Below are positions 55,401 to 64,000 of a stretch of 64,000 bases of DNA, in pieces. Position 1 is the stretch's first letter, and the number at the start of each line of letters is the position of its first letter. This stretch comes from a virus (lineage: Duplodnaviria > Caudoviricetes), in IMG/VR virus record IMGVR_UViG_3300030372_004928, positions 1 through 64,000 of that record. One strand, 5' to 3'. Both the position numbers and the translations under genes were made by a program. Below the pieces are notes generated by a model. It did not search any database. It was given only the letters and a program-made list of their open reading frames with translations, and was not told the DNA's origin.

Positions 55401-58400
55401 TTACAAATTCTCCATAAATTTTAAATCAATATGCATACCTGTTTTAACATTATGGTTCCACCACTTTAAATTATATCCTTTAATTTTTTTATAATTTTTA
55501 CTTCCTTGAATATCTTCACTATTAGCTTCTAACCATTTTAATACTTCTGTTCCTACAGTATTTGTACTATTTATATCTGCCCCCATACCTTTTAAATGAC
55601 CGCTATCTCTAGCACCACCTATACTAGCATTATAACCTATACTTCTTGTTAAAGAAGTAATAAGCATTTCTCCTGCACCATTTGTCATTTGTTTTCCATT
55701 AGTTTTAAGTAATCTTTGAAATTCATTTTTAAATTTTGAATCAAGATAAGCTGCACTACCTATTTCCGTTCCATTTTTAGTTTTAATTGTTGCAAAAGGT
55801 AATTCATTATCTGTTACATGTTTTAATGAACCTAAAGGAACAGAGTAATTATTACTAACTCCTGCAAATTTTTCTAAAATACTTTCAACATCGTATAAAT
55901 CTTTATAACCTTTTTGATAACTTGAATTCCATACAGGTTTACCTTTATTACCAGATTCTTGATCGTATTCATATACTTTTATATCATAAGTTGTACTGCC
56001 ATTAGGTTGTACATTTCTTGTAACTGTTGCTTTTCTATCTGCAGTTAAACTAATAGGTAAATCAAGTTTTTTAATAGTTCCATTTTTTACATCAGGTGTA
56101 GGAGGGAAATTTTGAAACCAAGACAACCTTTGTTCTACATGTGTATGTATTCTTTTAGCTGCATAATCATTTAATTGGTCATAACCTTTATTACCTGTAC
56201 CTTCAATTTTAAATACTCCCCCACCTACATCTTTTTGTAATTGCCCTTGTTTTAAATAATCTAAAGTTAAATTAGAAAGAACAGTAGTACCGTCTTGTTC
56301 AAAAAGAATTACTTCTCTACGTTCTGCACCTTTAGATTTATCTTTCGGGTCATTCCAAGTTGTTTCTATAGCTTTATACCCATATCCTACTCCAAAAATA
56401 TAATCCATAGTTGGTCCAATTACTGTTAAATTATCAGCATTAATATTTAAACCGCCTGATATTTTACCATTTTTACCTGTTGCCCAATCTTGTTTTTCTC
56501 CTGTCATAGCATCATATACCCCTAAACCCATTAAATTAGATTTTACAAGAGCCGTAGCACGGGAAGAATAATTAGATGTAGCATCTCCTGCTTTATCTAT
56601 AGTACTCATATCTAAAACTGGTACTGCAATACTTTTTTGTTCCCAAATTTCATTAAGATTTTTAGATATTGTTTTCATATCAGAAGTGCCTGTAGATGCA
56701 ATATTTTCTGCTTCTTTAAAATATTCTTTATATTTTGATTTATATTTTGAATTATGTCTTGAACCTTTTAATGCATCATCTTGAAATCTTGTTTCATATT
56801 CTGTTAATTCATTATATAACTCTAATTGTTTTTTTTGTTGAGCAGTATAATTTTCTCCAAATATAGCACCCATATATGTACCTGGAGGTTTTAAACCTAA
56901 ATTATAAGCTACATTTGCAAAAGAAGAATTTGGAATACCTAAACCAGTACTAAAACCTCTAGAAACTTTTTCCCATACATTCTCAAAATCATCCTTACCT
57001 ATTACTGATCTATATAAACTCTCAAGTTTATTTTTATAAGATTTTATATCATCTAATATAATTGGGTCAGTATCTTTATCTAATTTTCTAAAACCACCTT
57101 CTGTATCAATTTTTCTACCTAGTTCTTTTTCTGATGCAGCTACTGCTTCTGCATATATTTTTTCGTACATAGCTACATCATCTAAAGCTTTGTCTCTTAA
57201 CATAGTTGTATTACTTAATTCAGTTTTATACCCAGAAACATCTCCTCCTTTTGCTTCTTCAGCGAGTATATTTTTATTAATATTTTTTATTGTTTGTTCA
57301 TGTACTGCTACATTAGTTACTAAACCTTTTACAATATTATCATAATTAGTTACTGAATTAGGTCTATCTGATAATTTCATACCTCCAGTTAAAGTACCTA
57401 ATGCTATTTGATTAGATAAAAATACTTGTTCATCTCCTCCGTCATTCTTTACTTGGTTTTTCTTTAACCAAGTTGCGTAACTATCTCTAAGATCAGTTAA
57501 CATTTCTTTTGTGTAAGAAGCTTTCATTGTAGCTCCTTGTATATCATCTTGTATTCTTACATTTTTAAAATGAAGTTCAGTTAATTCATCATCACTCATG
57601 GCAAAAACTTTATTTTCATCATAACCTAATATATTAACTAAATCTATTTGCATTTTTGTTTTTGCATCTTGAAAACTTTCTCCTCTACTTTCAGCATAAA
57701 TTGTGGGATTAAGTCCATCTCTTTTATATTCAAAAGCAAGTCTCCTATTAATTTTAGGGTCTTGTAACATTTGTTTATGTGCAGCTATAGCAACTTCTTC
57801 AATATCCACTGCTTCTTCTTTCAAAACAAAATTAAGACCTGCTTCCCCTGCTATAAAATCTCTTTCTGCTTTATGCCAAGTTTCTACACCTGTTGTTGGG
57901 TCTACTTTTTTAACGTAACCTTGTCCACCTCCAAGTCCTAAAAATGTGTCTGCTTTATAATTTGCAAGAAAATCATTTGCGGCAGCTCCAATATTTTGCA
58001 CTTCAGGTATATTCATTTGTTTCCATTTATTTTCCCATGCTCCTGTTTTTTCATTATAAGTAACTCCACCTCTTTCACTATCTAAACGGTCTGCTTCTCC
58101 TTGAGCGTATATAACATCTTCTTCTTCATATTTTCCTGTAAGAATTCCTGTTTTATTTAATGCTATTTGTGCTTCTCTATCTTTTGCACTTTCTAATGCT
58201 TTAAGTAACCCACTATTTGTAGCTATATTTTTAGCAGCCATTGATACAGCAGTATTAGCATCTTCATAATTACCTGATATTTTATATGATTCTAATTCTT
58301 TTTGAAATCCTGCTAAAGCATTTGTTCTTTTACTTTCATCAGACGAATTTAATTTCATTTGAGCCAACATTGTTTCAGCAGTATTCATATTAGAAATAGC

Positions 58401-58547
58401 TGTGTTGTATTTATCTTGCAATACATCAGCAGTTTCTTTCATTCTATCTATTGGCAAACCAACATAAGTAGGTACATATGCACTATGTGTTAAACTGCCG
58501 AAAGGATTACGAGGTTGTGTATAAGTTGGATATTGTTGTTTAGCCAT
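55401..58547 (-). CDS. Virion protein with C-terminal M15 Zn peptidase domain
   Basis: ITSLTRS...N..IGGA..SGHLKGMGAD...HID; N-terminal YVPTYVGLP pattern resembling crAss cargo proteins. Confidence 0.7.
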   Translation of the reverse strand: MAKQQYPTYTQPRNPFGSLTHSAYVPTYVGLPIDRMKETADVLQDKYNTAISNMNTAETMLAQMKLNSSDESKRTNALAGFQKELESYKISGNYEDANTAVSMAAKNIATNSGLLKALESAKDREAQIALNKTGILTGKYEEEDVIYAQGEADRLDSERGGVTYNEKTGAWENKWKQMNIPEVQNIGAAANDFLANYKADTFLGLGGGQGYVKKVDPTTGVETWHKAERDFIAGEAGLNFVLKEEAVDIEEVAIAAHKQMLQDPKINRRLAFEYKRDGLNPTIYAESRGESFQDAKTKMQIDLVNILGYDENKVFAMSDDELTELHFKNVRIQDDIQGATMKASYTKEMLTDLRDSYATWLKKNQVKNDGGDEQVFLSNQIALGTLTGGMKLSDRPNSVTNYDNIVKGLVTNVAVHEQTIKNINKNILAEEAKGGDVSGYKTELSNTTMLRDKALDDVAMYEKIYAEAVAASEKELGRKIDTEGGFRKLDKDTDPIILDDIKSYKNKLESLYRSVIGKDDFENVWEKVSRGFSTGLGIPNSSFANVAYNLGLKPPGTYMGAIFGENYTAQQKKQLELYNELTEYETRFQDDALKGSRHNSKYKSKYKEYFKEAENIASTGTSDMKTISKNLNEIWEQKSIAVPVLDMSTIDKAGDATSNYSSRATALVKSNLMGLGVYDAMTGEKQDWATGKNGKISGGLNINADNLTVIGPTMDYIFGVGYGYKAIETTWNDPKDKSKGAERREVILFEQDGTTVLSNLTLDYLKQGQLQKDVGGGVFKIEGTGNKGYDQLNDYAAKRIHTHVEQRLSWFQNFPPTPDVKNGTIKKLDLPISLTADRKATVTRNVQPNGSTTYDIKVYEYDQESGNKGKPVWNSSYQKGYKDLYDVESILEKFAGVSNNYSVPLGSLKHVTDNELPFATIKTKNGTEIGSAAYLDSKFKNEFQRLLKTNGKQMTNGAGEMLITSLTRSIGYNASIGGARDSGHLKGMGADINSTNTVGTEVLKWLEANSEDIQGSKNYKKIKGYNLKWWNHNVKTGMHIDLKFMENL

Positions 58548-58574
58548 GATTGATTTTTTATATAAATAGAATAT

Positions 58575-58601
58575 CCCTACTTAATTATACGTTAAGTAGG
58601 G
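58575..58601. terminator. Hairpin between virion genes
   Basis: Perfect 10-bp stem CCCTACTTAA/TTAAGTAGGG; U-tract is weak on the minus strand. Confidence 0.45.
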
Positions 58602-58642
58602 TATTAAATGTTTTTTAATTTTTAAAATTCATAATTTAAGGA

Positions 58643-61165
58643 TTAATTTATTGTTGTATTAGCAAGTCCTGTATTAAGTGCTTCTCTATTAATAATACCT
58701 TTTCTATAATCAGAAAATAATTTTTGAATATTTCTATCCCAAACACCATTATCTTTATATTGTTTTTCAAGAAGTTGTACTTCAAACAGGTCTTTATTCA
58801 TTTGATTTCTTTCAGCCATACCCATATTTATTTTTCCAGTTGCACTATTAAGTATTGCTGAAAGTTCACTTCTTTTAGTACCTTCTCTCATAAGGTCTTG
58901 TTGTTTATATGCAGCTTGTGCTTGTGTGTTCATCATAGAAACTTGCTGTTGATTTAATCTATTAGCAGTTTTCAATTTATTTTCTTGATTAATTCTATCT
59001 TGATGAACCTTATTAAGTTGTGCTTGACCCATAGCTGTAGTTTGTGCCATATTAGCTTTAGCACTTTGTGCACTCGCTGTATTTTGTAAATGCAGTTTAT
59101 TCGCATCTCTTGCTGCTTTTTTCATATCATATTCTGTTGCAGCAGTACTAACAGTAGTAGGTAATGGCATTGCATAATAAGTTTCGGGTGTAGGAGTTTC
59201 AGCCATACCTTGAGTAAGTAATAAATTACCTACATCCCCTAGTAAATTTGTACCCATTCCGATTGCTTGACTTGCACCTTGACTCATTCCACCTCCACCA
59301 GTTTTATTATTTCCTGTAAAATTGTAATTACCACTACCATCTCCAATAGTAGTATATTGAGAAAAATTTGGATCATAATCATAATCTATAGGAGGATGAT
59401 ACCCTCCGTGATAATAATTTAATTTACCGCCAGTAGCCATAGAAAATGGTCTAATAGGTTGTGTAACTGTATTATCTCCTTGCATCGCAGGAATATTTTG
59501 AGCTGCATTTAACATATTTTGTGCACTATTAAATTTTCCTACTCTTTTTTCCATCAAACTTGCATCAGTAATTGGGTTAACTTTTGCTACAGTTGAAGGA
59601 AAATATTGTTTAAGACGATTAAATGTATCCATATTGTGGTCAACGTAATCAATTGATGTTGCATAACCACCTTTTTTTACAGCTTCAAAATATTTTTGTG
59701 GATTTCCTACACTATTTGTAGTACCATGTTTTGCATATCTATCTCTAGCTACTAATTCCACTTGTTTTGCAATTCCTTCTTCTTTTGTTTTAAAATGACT
59801 AAAAGGAGTTTTTACTAAATAATGAAGTTTTTTATCTTTACCTTTTCCTTTAGTTTTATCTGATGCAAGACCGATAATTGTATTTCCTTCTTTTTTAGCC
59901 CATTCTTTTGCGTAATCTTCTGTAAAATATTCTTTTGTTTGTAAAGGGGGAGTTTGAGGTAGTCCTTCTATTGCTTTATAACCTCCAAAATTATTATATT
60001 TAGTCGCTAATCCACTTAATCCTTTACCACGTCTACTTTCATGATATAATTGTGATGTTAAAGCTCTAGCATCTATAAATAATCCTAGTTTTTCAATTTC
60101 TTTTTTAACTATTGGATAATATTCTTTAACAAATGCTTCTTCTTGATTTATTTCAGAAGGAGGAGTTTTACCACCATTTTCATATACATATTTTCCTCCC
60201 ATTTTAAATTGGGTTTGTTGACCCATTTGTTGAGCCATTTGTTGTTCTACGCCTTGCTCCATACCTTGTTGTGGCATACCTTGTTGTTGCATCATTGCTT
60301 GTTGCTCCATTGCAGCTTGTTCTTCAGGACTAGGAATACCCATAACTTGTTTCATTTGCTCTTGTGTAGCAAATAATCTTTGTAATTCTCCTTCTATTTT
60401 ATCTATTTGCCTTCTTGCTGAACCTTTAGCATAAATACTACCACTATTCATTTTTTCTTCAAACTTACTTTTCTTTTTACCTAACTCTGCAGCTTTATCT
60501 GCAAAGGTTACTCCTTTAGAAAATTCAAGTCTATCTGAAAATATATTTTTAGAACCATCCATTTGATTGGATACCACTTCTCCACCTTCTACTTCAGCAT
60601 TTCTAGAAAGAGGTACACCACCTTGTTCATGTGATGCACCTTGAACTTCTTGTACATTTGAAGCAAGTTGTTGAAATCCACCTTGTGGACTTTGACCTGC
60701 CATAGTCATTTGTCCTCCTTGTTGATAATATAATCTTTTTTTCATATTATTTGGTTTTATATTTCCACCATAAGCGACATTATAACTAGCACCTTCAATG
60801 CCTTGTGAAGGAAAATCTTCTAAAAGTTTAGTTTCTATTTCTGATCTTCTATCTTTTCTTTGCTGTTGTGCTTGAGCAAACATTTCTTCTTGCTTTTCAG
60901 CATTATCATCTCCCATAACAGCACCTGAAATAGCACCTGCAATTGTACCTACTGTACCTCCAATAGCTGCTCCCCAAGGTCCACCTACAGTTGCACCCAA
61001 AGCTGCTCCCGATGCAGTACCTGCAGCTGTTGCACCCCAAAAAGTTTCATTCCATCTTGCTTGATAATCGTAATTATCTGTTAAATCTTTTTCAACACCT
61101 CCCCAAGCATACACACTTCTTTGAAGTCGTTTAGCTAATTTTTTTCTAGGTTTTCTTATTTTCAT
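58643..61165 (-). CDS. Virion cargo protein with internal glucosaminidase domain
   Basis: GASHEQGGVP...EVEGGE motif; Gly/Ala-rich hydrophobic segments; SQLYHES...NNFGGYK...GGYATS..Y domain. Confidence 0.7.
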   Translation of the reverse strand: MKIRKPRKKLAKRLQRSVYAWGGVEKDLTDNYDYQARWNETFWGATAAGTASGAALGATVGGPWGAAIGGTVGTIAGAISGAVMGDDNAEKQEEMFAQAQQQRKDRRSEIETKLLEDFPSQGIEGASYNVAYGGNIKPNNMKKRLYYQQGGQMTMAGQSPQGGFQQLASNVQEVQGASHEQGGVPLSRNAEVEGGEVVSNQMDGSKNIFSDRLEFSKGVTFADKAAELGKKKSKFEEKMNSGSIYAKGSARRQIDKIEGELQRLFATQEQMKQVMGIPSPEEQAAMEQQAMMQQQGMPQQGMEQGVEQQMAQQMGQQTQFKMGGKYVYENGGKTPPSEINQEEAFVKEYYPIVKKEIEKLGLFIDARALTSQLYHESRRGKGLSGLATKYNNFGGYKAIEGLPQTPPLQTKEYFTEDYAKEWAKKEGNTIIGLASDKTKGKGKDKKLHYLVKTPFSHFKTKEEGIAKQVELVARDRYAKHGTTNSVGNPQKYFEAVKKGGYATSIDYVDHNMDTFNRLKQYFPSTVAKVNPITDASLMEKRVGKFNSAQNMLNAAQNIPAMQGDNTVTQPIRPFSMATGGKLNYYHGGYHPPIDYDYDPNFSQYTTIGDGSGNYNFTGNNKTGGGGMSQGASQAIGMGTNLLGDVGNLLLTQGMAETPTPETYYAMPLPTTVSTAATEYDMKKAARDANKLHLQNTASAQSAKANMAQTTAMGQAQLNKVHQDRINQENKLKTANRLNQQQVSMMNTQAQAAYKQQDLMREGTKRSELSAILNSATGKINMGMAERNQMNKDLFEVQLLEKQYKDNGVWDRNIQKLFSDYRKGIINREALNTGLANTTIN

Positions 61166-61167
61166 AA

Positions 61168-64000
61168 TTATCTATCTGTTTTTGTTCCAGTTATGCTTAA
61201 ATCTTTTATATCAATTCCTTTTTGATTAATATTATCATACTGTAACCTAACTACTATAAAATTATTAATAAATTTAGATTTCTTAAAGAATAAACTATTA
61301 TTATTTAAATTACTCAAATTTAATGTACCATCTTCATTTATAATAACAACGTCTTTATTTATAACAATATCTCTAATATCATTAAACATCCAAGTATTTA
61401 AAGCTTTTCTAATATTATCTGTAGTTATATTTTTATTATTTTTTAGGTCAATAAGTCCTGTACATCTATAATTATCATAGCACATTATTTGTGTTATAGT
61501 TTCATCAAAAAATCTATCAGTTGCACTAGAATTAATATCATAAATTTCTGATTTCCATAAGACATTTATAAATTTAACAAGAGGTTCAGTAACTAAAATA
61601 ACATCTATATATGAAACAAATATTGTTGAATCGACAAAATATTTTCCATATTTATTTTCTTTATTCATTTTGTAAATAGTAGGATAAGTTATTCCTGCCC
61701 CAAGAGCACCAGTATTTCTTAAACAAAAATTTCCTAATCTATTATCATAGTAGCCATTAGGGATATAATCATGATTGCAAACCCATTTATTTATATTAAA
61801 ACTATAACTAAGAGTAAAACTTCCTGTATCATCTAATTTAGTAAATAAAGCTCTATTTTCTTTTTCATCAAATCCTATACAAAGTCCACTATCTATAAAT
61901 GGATTATCTACTTCCTTATTTATTAATTGCCCATATTTTTCTAAATAAAATTTAAGTCCTTCAGATGAAATTTCTTTTAATTCTCCTTTAAAAATAAATA
62001 TTCTACAACCTAACATATCCCAAAAGATATATCCATGTTTTGTATTTTTACCTGCCCATAAACTTTGACATCCTGCATAAGAATTTGAACTACTAGAGAT
62101 TAATAATTCTTTAGGAGGTCTATCAAAAATATCTCCTGAACCTATATATAATTCAGCATCTTGTGTATTAATAGTATCTTTAGAAGAAGCATAAAAAGTA
62201 CTATATTTTTGATGTATTATTAAGCTATTTCCATATTTAGAAATTAAAATAATATGTCCTTTATCTTTAGAGAATAAATCATAATAATCATTTGTTTTAA
62301 AAGTCCTCCAAGAAGCTGTACCATCTTCATTTGAAGAAATTAAACTTCTAGAAATTCTAAATGGAAATGTATCTACAAAAGTAAGACAATCAGTATTACA
62401 AAGAAAAATAATTTCTTCTGTAAGGTCATTAACACTTGTATAATCCTTATTATAAAGATGCCAAGTAGGTATTCTATATTGAACACTCTTCATATTAAAA
62501 TAAACCAATCTAGTTGGTAAAATTGCATTAGCAGCAGCACTCCAACCACCAGGAACTTTTTCAACAAAAGGCTCAACATTTACAAAAGGGTCTAATCTTC
62601 TAGGAGCGTATACATAATCTTCATTATCGTAACGCATTTCACTATTAGTTACATGTTCTGTAACATAATGTTTTAATATAGTCCAAAAATGTTGTTCATT
62701 AGTACTTCCTCCTGCTGCACTTAATTGTAAACCATGTAATAAACTTATAAAATTAATATGTACATCTCCATTATAAAGAGTATGAGAATCAGATATACCT
62801 TTATGTCCTATAGTAACTACTTTTTGAGATGGATAATTAAAGTATAAATCTTTTCTGTGCATAAATAAAGAAACCAATGTACCAAAGCCAGTAAAAGGAG
62901 AAGATGCTTCTAATGGTTCTGGAGCAGAAGCATCATAAAAATAATCAGTTTCAGTATGAACACTAAATTCATTACTTTCTCTAACTTCTCCTCCTTCTAA
63001 ATATTCTATTAATAATTCATAATTACTTTTTTCTACTGATTTAAAAGTTTCAAGATAAACTTGAGGTTCATATAATAAATTAAGACCAAATGTTTGATTA
63101 GCAGTAAGATAATTACCTTGACCTGCAGGTTCAGCGTAATATAAAATAGACTTTAAATAATTAACTTGTAATCTAGGTTTATTTGCTCCTAAATCAAAAT
63201 TTCTAACTCTCCATTGTTTTTTTGGAAGTTCAGCTGTAATATCTTTATCTAATAATGTAGTAGCTACTTTAAGATTATTGGTTAAATCTCTTTGTAAATA
63301 TCCAAAATATTGACATGTTACTTGGTCAGCAATTTCTGTAGGTACATGAATATCTTCAAATTTGACTCCCATTGCTTTTGTTGTAGTTTTAGCAGTCTCA
63401 AATTCATTTAATTGAATATTTATATTATTATGATCATCAGCAAAAGCAGGATAATCTAAATTACTTTTTCTACTCCATTCAGCTCTTATTTTAAATCCTG
63501 GGTATAATGTATATTGAAATGTTTTAAATATTTCTCCATCATCATAAACAGTTGCACCTCCATCTAATTTTATTTCTTCATATTCTAAATTACTTCCTGC
63601 ATTATTTTTTATTTCAAAATAAAATAAACTTTTAGAATGTGACCATATTTTAATATCAACATCAATTATTACATCACATTGTTGTAAACATACCCACTCT
63701 AAATTTCCATATGAACCACTAGTTGTAAGAGATAAATAAGCATTACTTGGTGATAAAGAACCAACAAGTGTATCATTAAAATTATACATTCCAAAATCAA
63801 ATCCAGCAGCATCAATCCAAGGCTCAAAATATTCAGGAGGAGAACCTCCAGTTCCTATTTTTCCAAAAAAGTAACCTATAACTTCACTACCTTGAGCACC
63901 TGTTAATTGAGTATAAAATGGACTACTAGGAGTAAATGAATTAAGTTGTACATAACTAGGAAATTTATGATGTCTTACTTTTAAACCTCTAAGATTACCT
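61168..64000 (-). CDS. Tail muzzle / stabilization protein (P22 gp10-like), 5' end outside the window
   Basis: The frame stays open from 63789 to the window end (GNLRGLKVRHHKFPS...), so the track start is internal. C-terminal GSGDIF..PP, GCQSLWA, GFDEKE.R.LFT, W.C.HDY.P. Confidence 0.75.
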   Translation of the reverse strand, partial: GNLRGLKVRHHKFPSYVQLNSFTPSSPFYTQLTGAQGSEVIGYFFGKIGTGGSPPEYFEPWIDAAGFDFGMYNFNDTLVGSLSPSNAYLSLTTSGSYGNLEWVCLQQCDVIIDVDIKIWSHSKSLFYFEIKNNAGSNLEYEEIKLDGGATVYDDGEIFKTFQYTLYPGFKIRAEWSRKSNLDYPAFADDHNNINIQLNEFETAKTTTKAMGVKFEDIHVPTEIADQVTCQYFGYLQRDLTNNLKVATTLLDKDITAELPKKQWRVRNFDLGANKPRLQVNYLKSILYYAEPAGQGNYLTANQTFGLNLLYEPQVYLETFKSVEKSNYELLIEYLEGGEVRESNEFSVHTETDYFYDASAPEPLEASSPFTGFGTLVSLFMHRKDLYFNYPSQKVVTIGHKGISDSHTLYNGDVHINFISLLHGLQLSAAGGSTNEQHFWTILKHYVTEHVTNSEMRYDNEDYVYAPRRLDPFVNVEPFVEKVPGGWSAAANAILPTRLVYFNMKSVQYRIPTWHLYNKDYTSVNDLTEEIIFLCNTDCLTFVDTFPFRISRSLISSNEDGTASWRTFKTNDYYDLFSKDKGHIILISKYGNSLIIHQKYSTFYASSKDTINTQDAELYIGSGDIFDRPPKELLISSSSNSYAGCQSLWAGKNTKHGYIFWDMLGCRIFIFKGELKEISSEGLKFYLEKYGQLINKEVDNPFIDSGLCIGFDEKENRALFTKLDDTGSFTLSYSFNINKWVCNHDYIPNGYYDNRLGNFCLRNTGALGAGITYPTIYKMNKENKYGKYFVDSTIFVSYIDVILVTEPLVKFINVLWKSEIYDINSSATDRFFDETITQIMCYDNYRCTGLIDLKNNKNITTDNIRKALNTWMFNDIRDIVINKDVVIINEDGTLNLSNLNNNSLFFKKSKFINNFIVVRLQYDNINQKGIDIKDLSITGTKTDR

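Noticed and set aside
60230-60370. Gln/Met-rich repeats as a DNA repeat element
   Set aside because: They are explained by a low-complexity protein linker in the 840-aa gene.
2322-60376. Short antisense or overlapping ORFs in the track (e.g. 2322, 5036, 5611, 9147, 11177, 12885, 19026, 26471, 40185, 53355, 57703, 60143)
   Set aside because: They are shadows of longer, motif-bearing genes, with biased composition and no supporting signals.
61168-63789. 873-aa ORF as a complete gene
   Set aside because: The frame is open to the window edge with the conserved RHHKFP motif upstream, so the real start lies outside the window.
1-64000. Stop-codon reassignment (known in some crAss-like phages)
   Set aside because: Very long ORFs are intact under code 11, and TAG and TGA serve as normal stops at gene junctions.
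1-64000. tRNA or rRNA genes
   Set aside because: No cloverleaf or TTCGA T-loop context was recognised by eye. The TTCGA in the cassette hairpins lacks tRNA arms. tRNAscan was not run.

Overview
About 64 kb of an AT-rich crAss-like (Crassvirales-type) phage genome, probably infecting a Bacteroidota/Flavobacteriia host. The host call is inferred from TTTG-N19/20-TAnnTTTG promoters, a Gln+1 signal peptide and the absence of SD motifs. Standard genetic code. There are three blocks. (1) <1-9523, minus strand: portal, large terminase, lysis-type genes, a PD-(D/E)XK nuclease and an HU-like protein, with a host-type promoter at ~9564-9595. (2) ~10250-32506, plus strand: a probable early region built from four repeat-headed cassettes, then accessory genes and the replication module (Dda/RecD helicase, family A DNA polymerase, SF2 helicase, DnaB, RecT-like annealase, primase, RadC). 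(3) 32739->64000, minus strand: tail muzzle protein and four giant virion proteins, including a 5367-aa double-psi-barrel RNA polymerase (DFDVD). The strongest leads are an apparently intact AlkB-type dioxygenase plus a tandem unknown domain inserted in the virion RNAP, an E3-binding-like domain in the same protein, and the promoter-box/hairpin/ORF/terminator cassette array. Further leads are a pair of putative ~55-60 nt sRNAs sharing an AATAAGGCT core and a 2H phosphoesterase. All family assignments come from motifs recognised by eye; no database searches were run.
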